DNA of 64,000 nt from Macrostomum lignano (GCA_002269645.1 NIVC01000104.1:1-64000); one strand, 5' to 3'. Counted from the stretch's first letter, positions 48,301 through 60,170 are shown. Notes: generated from the letters alone by a model not told the origin. Translations and numbers: made by a program.

Positions 48301-49292
48301 CTATTGGTTAGAGCTGGGGGTTGCATCCTATTGGTTAGAGGGGGTTGTATCCTATTGGTTAGAAGGGGTTGTAGTCTATTGGTTAGAGCTGGGGGTTGTA
48401 TCCTATTGGTTAGAGGGGGTTGTATCCTATTGGTTAGAGGGGGTTGTATCCTATTGGTTAGAGGGGGTTGTATCCTATTAATTAGAGGGGGTTGTAGCAT
48501 ATTGGTTACAGGGAGTTGTAGCCTATTGGTTAGAGGGGGTTGTAGCCTATTGGTTAGAGGGGGTTGTAGCCTATTCGTTAAAGGGGGTTGTAGCCTATTG
48601 GTTAAAGGGGGTTGTAGCCTATTGGTTAGGGGGTTATAGCCTATTGGTTAGAGGGGGTTGTACCCTGATTGTTAGAGCGATTGAAAGGTTGGGGGTTCGA
48701 TTCACGACCTACTCGGAAAAATTCGTGTTTTTGAGCAAGACATTTAACTCTGCATTGCTTCAATTCGCCCAGCTGTAAAATGGGTGCCAGCATTAGCTGG
48801 GGTAATTGAGGCTGTGTGTGTCGACCCCCCTTGGACTGAACAGCCGTACGCAGCCTTCAGATGCTCCGCGCAATAGCTGCGGCTGAGCTGTCGGTTGCAC
48901 ATCTGGCCACTAAAGCAGCAGGTGTAATCAATTAGTATCAATTTTTATTACAAGCGCATTTTTTTCTAAAAGGTTGATATCATATAATCAGGCCTTTAGA
49001 GTCAATTGATTATTTTTTTATTTGGAACAAAGCCTCATACAGCTGGACCAGCGCACTTTAAAATGTCGAGCATCTCCATGGCAACCCATCTTAACAGATT
49101 GCTATCCTTGTGCGAAGCCGCAGTCCAAGAGTGTCCGCTGCTGGTGGCGCCCTACCGCTGTCGAACCGGAGCGGCAGCCGAGATGTCGGAGGCGGCGGAG
49201 GCGTTCAAGGCGTTGATGACGGCGGCGGAAGCGGAGGCGACAACGCCACTGCACCTACTAATGGAGTTTCTAATGTCAACAATGCAGACTAA
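34070..49292 (+). CDS. GABA-B receptor-like class C GPCR (777 aa, 14 exons)
   Basis: Exons 34070..34291, 34589..34726, 36135..36305, 37442..37543, 37634..37708, 38550..38738, 39580..39831, 39922..39985, 40134..40211, 40916..41304, 45936..46058, 46137..46233, 47482..47720, 49098..49292; GT-AG and phase-consistent (2334 nt). Signal peptide; Venus flytrap motifs [52 protein letters not shown]; no Cys-rich linker; 7TM motifs [51 protein letters not shown]. The last exon is least certain. Confidence 0.92.
34949..36110. repeat. 28-bp minisatellite (GAGCCTCAAACTGGGTGTGATAACAGA[A/G]) in GPCR intron 2
   Basis: About 41 tandem units. Confidence 0.96.
36635..37410. repeat. 12-bp G-rich minisatellite (GGGGCAGGGAGA) in GPCR intron 3
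   Basis: Direct periodicity. Confidence 0.96.
37832..38495. repeat. (CCTCT)n microsatellite in GPCR intron 5
   Basis: Pentanucleotide periodicity with CGTCT variants. Confidence 0.96.
38968..39455. repeat. 19-bp minisatellite (AAGACCCTCAAGATCCCCT) in GPCR intron 6
   Basis: About 25 tandem units. Confidence 0.95.
40382..40825. repeat. 18-bp minisatellite (CACCAACCCCACTCCCAG) in GPCR intron 9
   Basis: About 24 tandem units. Confidence 0.95.
41386..43128. repeat. 21-bp minisatellite (GTTAGATCCT[A/T]GATACCACAT) in GPCR intron 10
   Basis: About 80 units with a higher-order block of variants (including a 19-bp unit) repeated about 3 times. Confidence 0.96.
43655..45482. mobile_element. Foldback-type non-autonomous DNA transposon with an 8-bp TSD
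   Basis: GCCCTAAC duplicated at 43647-43654 and 45483-45490. Ends GGGTCTATGAGAATTTCCCGCAGG and CCTGCGGGAAATTCTCGTGCTCCC. Arms are built of TTTCCCGC subrepeats. Inner inverted repeat GAAATTTCTCGTGATTGCCTGTTTACCT (~45172-45198) vs AGGTAAACAGGCAATCACGAGAAATTTC (~45340-45367). Confidence 0.8.
43727..44975. repeat. (CCTCT)n microsatellite, about 1.25 kb, inside the left arm of the foldback element
   Basis: Pentanucleotide periodicity. Confidence 0.97.
46313..47396. repeat. (AATCT)n microsatellite in GPCR intron 12, interrupted by a 380-bp insert
   Basis: Degenerate pentanucleotide periodicity on both sides of 46495-46874. Confidence 0.93.
46495..46874 (-). mobile_element. Candidate solo LTR
   Basis: 380-bp unique insert bounded by TGTAG...CTACA and flanked by ATCT on both sides (weak evidence, since the flanks are AATCT repeat). 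On the minus strand a TATAAATA precedes an AATAA-like signal near the 3' end. Confidence 0.55.
47781..48660 (+). repeat. 24/27-bp minisatellite derived from the 5' (A-box) end of the tRNA-SINE
   Basis: Outer units GGGGGTTGTAGCCTATTGGTTAGA (24 bp), inner units GGGGGTTGCATCCTATTGGTTAGAGCT (27 bp), about 33 units. Matches the SINE head GGGGTTGTAGCCTAGTGG at 63315-63298 (minus). Confidence 0.9.
48641..48925 (+). mobile_element. tRNA-derived SINE, near full length
   Basis: B-box GGTTCGATTC at ~48694, then GTGTTTTTGAGCAAGACATTTAAC...CCCAGCTGTAAAATGGGTGCCAGCATTAGCTGGGGTAATTGAGGC. The 3' end GCAGGTGTAAT is shared with the copy at 23020-23246. Confidence 0.85.
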
Positions 49293-50422
49293 GTTTAATT
49301 TTTCAACGAATTTAAAAACACACTAGAGTAAATTTCGATTGAGAGCGATAAAACTTTAAGATCTAAGCGTAACTGTCTTATATCGTGACATAAATGTTGT
49401 CGCCAGACTAATAATAATCAGTTATCAGTTCGATTCGATTTTATATATGTTGTAGTTTCAATACCTATAATCTATTTTTCATAACTTTATACATGTCCGG
49501 TTCCCAAATTTTGACTGGCATGTGCCCCTACAAAATCAATCAAGACGTTCCCGCAGGTATTTCAGTAGGCTGCGGCTCCACTATATTACACGTTGGTTTA
49601 TCTTTGATTAATCACTAAACTGATTTTTGATGTCGTGTTGTGGTATTGTTTAACAGACACGGAGAGCTTGAAGAAATAAATTAATTGTGACGTTTATTTC
49701 TAGTCGAAAATAGTTCGAAATATTATATGGCTCATGCAAATCATAAAAAATGCACAAGCAAATACATGGACATGTAAGGTGTCGCTAACATTGTTATAAA
49801 AGGATAATGGGCTTCAAATCAAAAGGGCTGTAAAATGTCCAGCCATATTCAGCTGGCGTCCCTAAGCCGATTGCATATTTTCACTTGAACACGCACTCCT
49901 TTGTTTGCGTGTATGTATTTTTGCAGTATACATGTACATGTACCTGTGCATGGTGGGTTACTTTGCTATTTTCTAAATAAGTTAAAATTACCATCGCAGC
50001 ACATTTTTACCATGCCTCGTATTATATTACTAGTGTTAAATGTCCAAAATTAGACCGAAAACAAGTAAATTCGCGCGTTCGTGCGTGGGAACCGCATGGG
50101 AATGCAGTTGTTTTTACAGTAAAAACAGAAAGTTCTACAGAATTTACAATAGCAATCTAGCTTGTTCAGCTCTCTTTTCTTTTAGCTACTGCTCTCTCAA
50201 CTCCTTATTAGCTCGACTCGGTTAATGCTGCTCATGGATAATTTTACAAATCTGGCTCTGCTTTGAGTCCTTTACTTGCCTGTTTGTGACCGGCCAAGGA
50301 CTTTTACTGACGATCCGCGCGTCCTGTACCTGACTCCTAGGGAGGACATGCGCCGATCCCTCCTCGGTTTTCCGCTAGCGCTTGTGCACAAGGGCTCTCT
50401 CTTTGAGTCCTCTCTGCGTTGT

Positions 50423-50565
<143 letters not shown>

Positions 50566-51828
50566 CTCTTCTTTCTCCTCGTACTCTCACCTCAGCTCTC
50601 ATCTCTTCTCTCTTCTCTCATTCTCTCTCATCTACATGTAATTTCTCACCCACTGTGCTCTCACCCTCTGTGCTCTTCCAGCCTCCTGAGTTTGGCTATT
50701 GTTACCAGCCAAGTGGCTATATTGCTCCCAGCCAAGTGGCTCAGCCAATAGGAGCGCAGTTCGTAACTTCTCATGACACAAAATCTAGCCAGTCTGCCTA
50801 GAACCGATACTGTTTCCGCCATACCAACCGCAAGTGTATTAATGGGGCTATGCAGGTCTGCGCATCCAGCTGCACACGAAATGATGTGCTTCCTATTTCC
50901 ATGCAACCAGATGATGGAGTGAGGTGGAGGAAACAAGAGACTGAGAGACTGGACTTCTCGTGGGGAGGAGGTTTGAGCAGCTCTCAACTCAAAAAGCTGA
51001 CTTCCAGAGGCTGCCATGAAAAGTATTGGCCTCAGCGCTAATGACAGAAGCAATCTGTCATCCGCCAGCAGGTGTCCGCATGCGGCATCCCAAGGGGGAG
51101 GGGGTTGTACAGCGGCCGGGCCCCCGACTGTCTCGCTCCAAATCCTTTTTGCCGGAGGCCTCGCGCAGAAATTGCTAAAAAATGATCATTAAATTGATAA
51201 ATGACAGCCCTAAAATCAATAGATTTATTGAAGCTAGGGATAATTTTTTTGCTGAAAATATTCATTGTTAAGTTTCCATGGCCCTCCAGTTACCGCCGTA
51301 GCTGGCGGTAACGGGCAGCAAGCAGGGCCGGGTGGAGGATTGATTTCATCAAGGCTCGTTTGCGTCGTAATTACGCCGGCCGGCTATCAAGTGGCACCGC
51401 TGATGCTAAAATTATTCACATTTTCACATTATTTCGATACATGTATAATCTTGTTTGAACAAATAACTCAAATCTGAACAAGAAAATTTTAACTTTTTAA
51501 CTTGGTTATTTTCTATTTTTGTTTTGTCGTTGCACTTGCTTAAACTGTTTAAAACTTTTTTAGGTAGGCTGTTTCTCTGTACTCTCTTGTTGTTGCTCTT
51601 TTTCTCTTGTTTGTTCGTTCTACAAAATAAACTAAATTAAGATATCTCACTGAGTTCCTATTTTCTGATTATCGCTAAGTGAACAGCTCTTCCTGATTCT
51701 TATAATTATTTGTTTATTCAAGCTTTCAAGCTGTCATTTGTCAGCAAGCAAGTTATATACCGGCTGGCGCTTCAGCTAAGCAGTTTCTTCTTCTTCAACG
51801 CAAGGACCACTATATACAGTGGTCCTTG

Positions 51829-51925
51829 GTTAGAGTGTCGAACTCATGTTTGAAAGGTTGGAGGTTCGATTCTTGACCAACTCAAAACAATTTGTGTCCT
51901 TGAGCAAGATCACTTTAACTCTATT
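51829..51925 (+). mobile_element. tRNA-derived SINE fragment (head region)
   Basis: GGTTAGAGTGTCGAACTC...GGAGGTTCGATTC...TGTGTCCTTGAGCAAGATCACTTTAACTC, matching the other family copies. Confidence 0.75.
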
Positions 51926-52534
51926 TTTGACCGGAATATCACCGGAATGCTAAAGCTGAAAATTAGGTACTCGAAGGTCAAACAAAAACATAGAAAACTA
52001 TTTGGTAAATTTCTTCGCTCAAACGTCTTTCGACGAAATGACTTTTCGTCTAAATGACCCTTAACCCGAAACGACTGTGCTTCATTAAAAAAGATATTAC
52101 CATTGAAAAAGAAACCTTGTAAAATTTGTTTTTTAAATTTTTTTTGTATTTGTTCTGTTACATTGATACAAGAGACAGAAAAACCATGATATTGTTTTTG
52201 TTATTCCACACAAAATAGATGCAAAGTTAAGTGGGCGGGAGTTCGGTCTGCTCATTTTTATAAGAACTCCAGAATCATTAATTCACTCGGACCTCGGATA
52301 TGGTCTTGATAAACTGTCTGTGTAAACAAAAAAGATACTTGTTAATGTTGTTATTGAAATTAGCCTGATGTTATGTGGGTAGAGATACAAAATTAAGTAG
52401 CATTTTTTTCTAACGGCAGCTAGAAAATGTTCGTTACATTGCAACGCATTAGGGATAAGTCAGATAATTCAATTGTACTATTTGGGACTTCAGTCTTCAG
52501 TTCAGTAGTGATCGGATCTTGTGTAGCGATTCCA

Positions 52535-52720
52535 AAATCCCGACATTTTACAATCCCGGGATTGAATAGTCCCGAAATCCCGGGATTCAAAATCCCGGAA
52601 TCCCGGTGCTTTTGCAATCCCGGGATTTTGAATCCCGGGATTCGATTCCCAAAAAAATCCCGGGATTCAAATCCCGGATTTTTGGCCCCAATCCCGGGAT
52701 CCCGGGATTGGAATCCCTAC
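52535..52720. repeat. Cluster of palindromic AATCCCGGGATT subrepeats, probably one end of a MITE
   Basis: More than 10 ATCCCGG(GAT) motifs ending in GGAATCCCTA; no matching second end or TSD was found. Confidence 0.6.
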
Positions 52721-52886
52721 TTGTGACTTGCCTATATGCTTGCGAAAGATAAATGTGAATAGGCCTAAAGAGTTAAGTTTCTTTGCAATTGAATAACTCT
52801 GCAAGCCAATTGCATTGAGTAGAATAAAGTACATTAAACTATGAGAAAATGTACTGTGAAGAATATTTGGTTTTCATTGTTATGAT

Positions 52887-55535
52887 CTGGGTTTTTTTTT
52901 TCGCCAGAGACAAGGTGCAAAATCGCACCTTGTGCCAAATTTCAAGGTGCGATTTTAAGGCTCAGAGTGCAATTTCTCTTGAGTCTTGTTTCAGACAACT
53001 AGGAATGTATAGATATGTCTTATGTCTATACATCTTTGTACAAAGAATGCCTTGACCTCTTGTCTGTTATCTTGTCTTCAGATCGCTGCTTTGATAAATA
53101 GTAACATGATGAAAAATACTATAACAAAGAAGTTGCTTCTTTGTATCAATTCTCCCATTTTTTCATTTCAGAATAAGCCTTCAGCTTGGAAAGCTTCGTG
53201 TTCAAGAGTTCTGGAGACAGGCTTCAACAGGCTGGCTTACCTACATCCATTCCTCTTGGATAACATGGAAGTGGGCCTGGTGGGACCAGAATTGGATTCA
53301 GCATAGCATAGATAAACAGCATATCATTATCAATTGGATTGACACAGCTCAAGCTGATTGAGTGGCAGATCTACTGTTACATTTTACACGCAATGCTGTG
53401 TTGCACAGTGCACTATTGAAAATATACTCTTACGCATTAAAAGAATGTTTTCCAGCTACATTTGCAATGGAAAAGAAATAAAAAATGTAGAATTTACCAT
53501 CTAACAATTTTAACAGTCAATATTTTTCCTGCTATTCTGCCTTTTTATTTACCTAATGGATGTTGAATTTAATAAAAATTCTACTATACGTCTATGCGGT
53601 TTAAGGCGCTAGTAAATTATGTATGCAGCAAAACTCTAGCTAGCTATAGAGTAAATTCTAATCGAACAGTGCAAGTTCAAACAAAATTGGTCCAGCCATT
53701 TTTTCTCTAATCGATCACATAGATAGATAGATAGATAGATAGATAGACACAGACAGACCATTTTTAGTATATAGGATGTAGTCGTGGATGATAGATAGTT
53801 CCAATCCAACTACCAACACTGTGACAACTAGACTAAAAATGAAAGTTAAAGGTAAAAAGTCAAAGCATTGAAGAGATGGATGATGCTTTAATTTGCAAAC
53901 CTTGAGTTGGAGTTAGAACTCCTGAAGATAATCGAAGAAATTGAAGCAAAAAGACTACTTTTCAAGGAATACATGATCATTGAGCAGAGTCACTGACTCA
54001 CTGCGTAGACAATTAGGGAGACACTAGCAATCTAGTGCCCACTTCGGTGCACCCAATAAGTAAGGGACAAAATTATTTACGTAAATCCTATTTGCCTTGA
54101 CTCCGATGCAATTCTCCCCGAAAGCCTTGACATAGCCTTGACTTGCTTTTGCTGAATACTAATTTAGCTTTTGTATTATTGTTTTTGTTTGCATTTAAAT
54201 AAACAGATATATTGGGTATGTATTATATATTATGTGAATTATTGATTACATATTAAATATCACTTAAAAAACAATCTAAAAATAAAAAAAAATATTATAG
54301 ACTAAACAAGGCTATATGTATATCAAATCTGGCATTAAAACAATTAAAGACATTATTATTAATACATAAAGACATTCTATGTCTAGTTTAATAAAAGGTT
54401 TTTAGATTATAACAATATAAGATAGATTAGTTTGTAGTTGATTTGTTATATTATTATTATTATATTAAAATATACTAAAAATACTAATACTTTTTTGTCC
54501 AAGTCTAGGGCCCACTTTAATTTACTATAAGCCATAGCCCATAACTATACTATATACATACTCAAAGTATATAATATATAATAATCTATCTATTAGTATA
54601 AATATTAGTATGTATGTATACTATTAGTATTATAATATTATTGTACTATACATAGGCCTAGCATAGACATAATATAGTACAGTTAAATAGTTATTTAAAT
54701 ATTTTTTTTTTAATTTTACTGTTACAATTATTTTACAATAATTTTATATAATATAATTGTAAATAATTACTTATACTAAAAATAAAAAAATAAAGTAAAT
54801 GTAATTTGGCCCTATTGCCTACTCAAACATTTTTGCAATAGAAGCTCACTCGCCTTACTGATTATGTTATCTAGACTCTAACAGCCTTTTTGACTTATAA
54901 TTTATCATTGATAACTTTAACTTATAACTACCTACTACACAAACAATAGAAATTGGCATTAGTCCTTATAGATGGTCTATATCTATTGATTTTATATATC
55001 TATTCTAGGCCTATTGATTATCTATGAGTCTATGACTATGATTTAATTGTATATATAAGCCTTAGGCTATTAGATTATGAATATGATAAATTTTATGAAC
55101 TTGAATTTAATACTTTACTTCAGTAGAGCTTATGATTAGATAGACCTTTAGATTCTTATAATTTGCATTTGTATTATATCTATAGATTATATATACAAGT
55201 ACAACTAAATAAACACAAGGCTACCGCTTAACTCATACTTAACATTCTAAGAAAGAGTGAAGACTCTGAAGAGTCAAGAGTGAAGATGTCAAAATAAAAA
55301 AGTTGAAGTTTAATGTTTATACTAATATACTAGATAAATTAAAATTATCATCATTCATCATTGATTAAAAAGGCCAAATTTAATGTGATCAAAGATCAAA
55401 TGATTTTTATATAACTTTTCATATATTATAATATCTTACAGACCGCACCTAAACCGCACCTACTTTTTTAATTTCAGGGTGCGATTTTAAAATTTAGGGT
55501 GCATACGCACACTCTGCGCACAAAAAAAAACCCTG
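52887..55535. mobile_element. hAT-like non-autonomous or degenerate DNA transposon (2649 bp) with an 8-bp TSD
   Basis: GTTATGAT duplicated at 52879-52886 and 55536-55543. Ends CTGGGTTTTTTTTTT and AAAAAAAAACCCTG. Subterminal GGTGCGATTTTAA motifs at both ends. No intact transposase ORF. Confidence 0.75.
53580..53737 (+). mobile_element. Possible Helitron/Helentron-type non-autonomous fragment nested in the hAT-like element
   Basis: AAAATTGGTCCAGCC followed by a short GATA/GACA microsatellite and TTTTAGTATATAGGAT, resembling the 3' architecture of DINE-1/Lep1-like elements. Confidence 0.45.
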
Positions 55536-56279
55536 GTTATGATTGGAAACTATGTCATTGTTTTTGTAGGCCTATGGTTGGAAAGCTAGCCTTATAAAAT
55601 TGTGCATTCACAGAAAATTAGGGGCTTTATCATTTTTTAATCAAACAAAATAGAGCCAATAAGTTCTAGTAGTAGAAATGTTTATAAAATGCAAAGTCAA
55701 AATGACAATAAGAATAGGGCAATGATATTATGTTATAATTTCATAGTTTACCTAGAAGATTAATAGAACCTAATGATCTGATTTTTAATGATATTAACTC
55801 TAGGCCTAGCTCTATTTCAACAAAAATTCAAAGAACTCTAGGTTATTCTCAAAAATATATTTTATTAAAATGCAAGCTTTAGACTAGCTGAACATCTTAA
55901 TTAATAGAGTCAGTAGCACAGGGGCCAGGTTGCGGATGGTATGCATGTATGTTGGAACCTTTTTGGTATACAAAATGGCAACCCTAAGTCCTTAGTATAC
56001 ACAATCAATGTACACAACCTTGGTGCGCTTTGTTGGCATACACTATTGGTATACACAAGTATTTTTTTTTTATTAAAGGCAGGGGGGTTGTGTGCACCCT
56101 GGTGCACTTTAAGCAACATAGGCACACAACCGGCGAGAGGCATTACTGCCCATTCCGCCGACTCCCCTGAGCAGGCATACAAGCGCGCGGATACGTTACG
56201 CAGGCACACACTCACACAGGAGTGTACAGCGGCCCTAACTTTATCAATTGTTAGGCATATACACTTCACTGCGCCTTGG

Positions 56280-56420
56280 GAGGTTGGCTCTCAAGGCCAT
56301 TAATTGCACAAGCGAGCCAAGCCGAAATTCCAATTCAGCCCCAAATTAATGTGGCTGCACTTGGAATCGAGCCTGGGTCGCGGCACACTAGAGCAGCTGC
56401 GCTACCGCTGGGCTACGCCC
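56280..56420 (-). mobile_element. Second tRNA-derived SINE-like head
   Basis: The minus strand reads GGGGCGTAGCCCAGCGGTAGCGCAGCTGCTCTAGTGTGCCGCGACCCAGGCTCGATTCCAAGTGCAGCC, with A-box and B-box-like motifs but no clean cloverleaf. Confidence 0.5.
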
Positions 56421-59400
56421 CCCCCCCCCCCCTAGTATACACAAGTAACACAATGACATACTTTTTTGCATACAAACTTTGGTGAATAAATTCATGGCAC
56501 TTAACTACACAGGCAGCATCAGCAAGAGTGGCATCAAAGCAAAAGATGCCTTGTATAAAAATTGTAATATAAATTAATATTTTTACTATAAAGTAAAAGA
56601 AAATTTGTATAGTCTAAAAAGTCTAGGCATTATAAACTTTTAGCTCTTTAAAAATTAACAATAAATAAAATTAGTATAAATTATTGTTAAGAGCATCAAT
56701 TTTGCATTATTATTTCTATAGGTATAATTTAAATTTGTTTAAAATGAAAATAGGCCTTATTGGTAATATTTTAAAAAGACTTTTTGTACAAAAGCCTTTT
56801 TTAGAAAACTACTTGTAAAAACCAAATGACCTTTTTTAGAAGAAATTTTTGGTGTAAATTTTAGGGAAATTTTTTGTTTATGGCATACACTAGTATACAT
56901 TTAGATGAGCTAGGATTCTTGTTCCAGCGTACACTACTACATAATCTACAACCTGGCGCAGGGGTTGGCAACCTTTTTCCATTCAAGGGCCAGATAAGGT
57001 TTTCAGTCCAAGACCACAGGCCACAGGGGCACACCTTGATGCCTAAGGGGGGGTGGGAAGCAGTTGCCTCCCCTTAGGCAGAGACCTGAAGAAAATCAAA
57101 GGGGGGAGCAAGCACATTATTGTATCCCAAGACTAGCTAGTAGACTAGTGGTCTAGTTGGCTTTGTCTTGCACTCTGTACAAGCAGGGGAACTCAGCCCC
57201 AGTCTTGCTACTTGCCAACCCACTGTCACAAACATGCAGGCAGTAGGCCGGCAACCAGGGTTGCAGCAAACGCATAGGCCATGGTGACGATGTCCTAATA
57301 GCACTTGACCTACAATAACAGAAGCAGAATGATACTTACAATGGCACAAGTTGTTCAACTTGGCACTCTAGGCATCTATGTTTAAATACAATTGCTACAA
57401 TTGTATATTGTTTATATTAATTATAGTCAAAGCAACAAAGTCTGAGCCAGAGGAGAATGATCAAAGGGTCAGTGGGGGAAAAAGAAGAGCATGCCAATAA
57501 ATATTGTCAGTATAAAATGGGGCAGAGAGAGCAAGCAGGGATTGGCTGCAGCCACGCAGAACGCGACAGGGTAGAAAACAAGGATTGCAGATAACAGTGA
57601 CAGCCAATGAGAGAGCACAGAGGAGGAAGAATAATAGTAATCAGGGATGAGAAAATTGTAGACAAAGGCTGGATAAACAAACAACTTCAATAATAAATTC
57701 ATCAATTGATTAGGTCTAGTGCAGTGGCACCAAAATTAAGTAAAGTACTTTATAAAAAAGCCCACAATAAGTTGCTAGCATGGAAGGGGTGGGGAGGGTT
57801 GGCAGAGGGGGAGAGAGAGCTATAGTATAGGCAAGTACATTGAGTTACTAAATCATAACAACATTTTTGCCACAATATAGGAGCCACCTTTTAATACAAT
57901 TAGATGCATTCTAAGAATTAAGTCTGATTCCACTGTACAGTCAGCCTTATCAATGTATATTAATTGGTGACCCATATTGTTGGCCAGCTCCAGCATATCA
58001 TTTTCCTTCACTGGCAGTTCCCCTATTTCTATTCTATTCGAAGTTTGAACTGATGTGTTGTCTGTCTAGACTCTAGACTGTATAAATAGCCACTCACACT
58101 AAGTTCGTGTCTCATAACTCATTACTTAGGGGACAAAAATGTGTGGACCAAATAATGAAGTTACTATGAAGGTATGGGCCAGATTATAATAATATAGATT
58201 AAGAAAATTCATGGGCCATAGTCTTTGTGGGCTGGATCTAGCCAATGGGCTGTAGGTTGCTGACCTCTGCAGTAGCGCAACCAATGGGGTGGGGCTGGGA
58301 GGGCCTAAGTTGCCCTCCCTTAGGTAGAGACTTGAAAATAATCAAAAGGGAAAGCAAGCAAACTTTTGTCAAAAGTAGAACCACCTCCTTTCCACTCCCT
58401 CATGTCTTTACCTTCTGGAATCCACACCTTCCTTAACAGATTTTTGGTTGTACTTTTGAATAGGGTTTAGCTGAAAAATCATATATTATTAGAATAAAAA
58501 ATAGCTTTTAAAATATGCTATTAATATAAGACATTACTGTGGCAATTATTAATTAATATAAATAATGTAATGTATTTAGAATATCAGATAATTTTCAAAT
58601 ATAACTATAGAACTAAAAATACCTTTAGGCTTATAACTTTAGGCTTAGAACTAAAGATATAACTATAGTAGAAGCCATATTATTTAATTGCTTATTATTA
58701 GGGGGCCGGGACATGGCAAAGGGCAGGGGACATTGGGGACATGTCCTCTCTCCTAGAAGAAAGGGATGTTTTATTGCCTTGGTATTTTGCTTCTATTAAT
58801 AACAGAGATAAATTGATATCTCTGTCCCCTCTCCTCTTGATATGAATCCTAGCTTTGCACCTGCTTATTATATGTTTTTCAGCTTCAATATTACTTTTCT
58901 ATGAGACTATTATATTAAAATTACTAAAATTATGCTTATAACAGATAGTTCATGCTATCATAGTTCAGTCTAGTAGCAACTTAGTTTACTTCAGTAGTCT
59001 ATATATAACTTTATCTTTTTTTCTTTCTCCTTTTTCCTCTCTCCTGTTGTCTCTATTTATGTTTCCTTCTATTTCTTTCTCTCTTATTATCCTTCTTGCC
59101 TTGCAATGCTCTTTTTGTAGTTATATTTATATGTAAAAATGAATTTTGCAACTTACCTTGACTAGTAGCTAGGTATTGCGTATATGTAGTTATAATAAAG
59201 TATAAAACAGCAAACTGATAAATAAAAAGTTAAAATAAAATTTAGCTGAAGTTATATTAGTAAAAGATTACTAGTATTTATAGGCTTTCCTTTTAGAATT
59301 ATATATACATATGCATATATAAATAGGCAAGTTATATGGCAATCAATTAACATTCATATTTATTAACTATAGATTACATTATTAATATTGCCAATGAAAT

Positions 59401-59756
59401 TTATGTCAATAAGTTATCATTCATTGTCATACTGTTATAGCCAATTTCGGCAACCTTATCAGGAAATGACAGAGTACAAAGTATGCTAATATTGAGCCTT
59501 GCTAAATATTTTGAGTCACTTGTATGCATTAGCTAGTGTGCATGCATTGGGGTTTCATAGCTAGATAAGAAAGTTCTAAGAGATAGGAAAGTTCCTGTCC
59601 AGTTTTTTCGTATTTAAAACTTATTGACCTCTATACTTTTTTTGCTATTGTAACTTTTGTATAATTAGAAAAGCATCAATGCGTAAGTTATTTGTCCTTA
59701 TATTTTATTGAATGGAAAAACTGTACACGTAGAAAGTAGAAATTACACTAGAAAGC

Positions 59757-60170
59757 CATCAGCAATTCCCCCCCCCCATCAGCCTTGGAATCTCAGCAAT
59801 TCCCCTGTCAGCCTTGGAATCTCAGCAATTGCCCTGTCAGCCTTGGAATCTTAGCAATTCCCCCGTCAGCCTTGGAATCTCAGCAATTCCCCCCGTCAGC
59901 CTTTGAATCTCAGCAATTCCCCTGTCAGCATTGAAATCTCAGCGATTCCCCCGTCAGCCTTGGAATCTCAGCAATTCCCCCCGTCAGCCTTTGAATCTCA
60001 GCAATTCCCCTGTCAGCATTGAAATCTCAGCGATTCCCCCGTCAGCCTTGGAATCTCAGCAATTCCCCCCGTCAGCCTTGGAATCTCAGCAATTCCCCCA
60101 TCAGAAATTCCCCCCGTCAGCAATTCCCCCATCAGCAATTCCCCCATCAGCAATTCCCCCCATCAGCCAG
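59757..60170. repeat. ~30-bp minisatellite (CAGCCTTGGAATCTCAGCAATTCCCCCCGT) upstream of the PH-domain gene
   Basis: About 11 units decaying into ~15-bp CAGCAATTCCCCC subunits. Confidence 0.92.
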
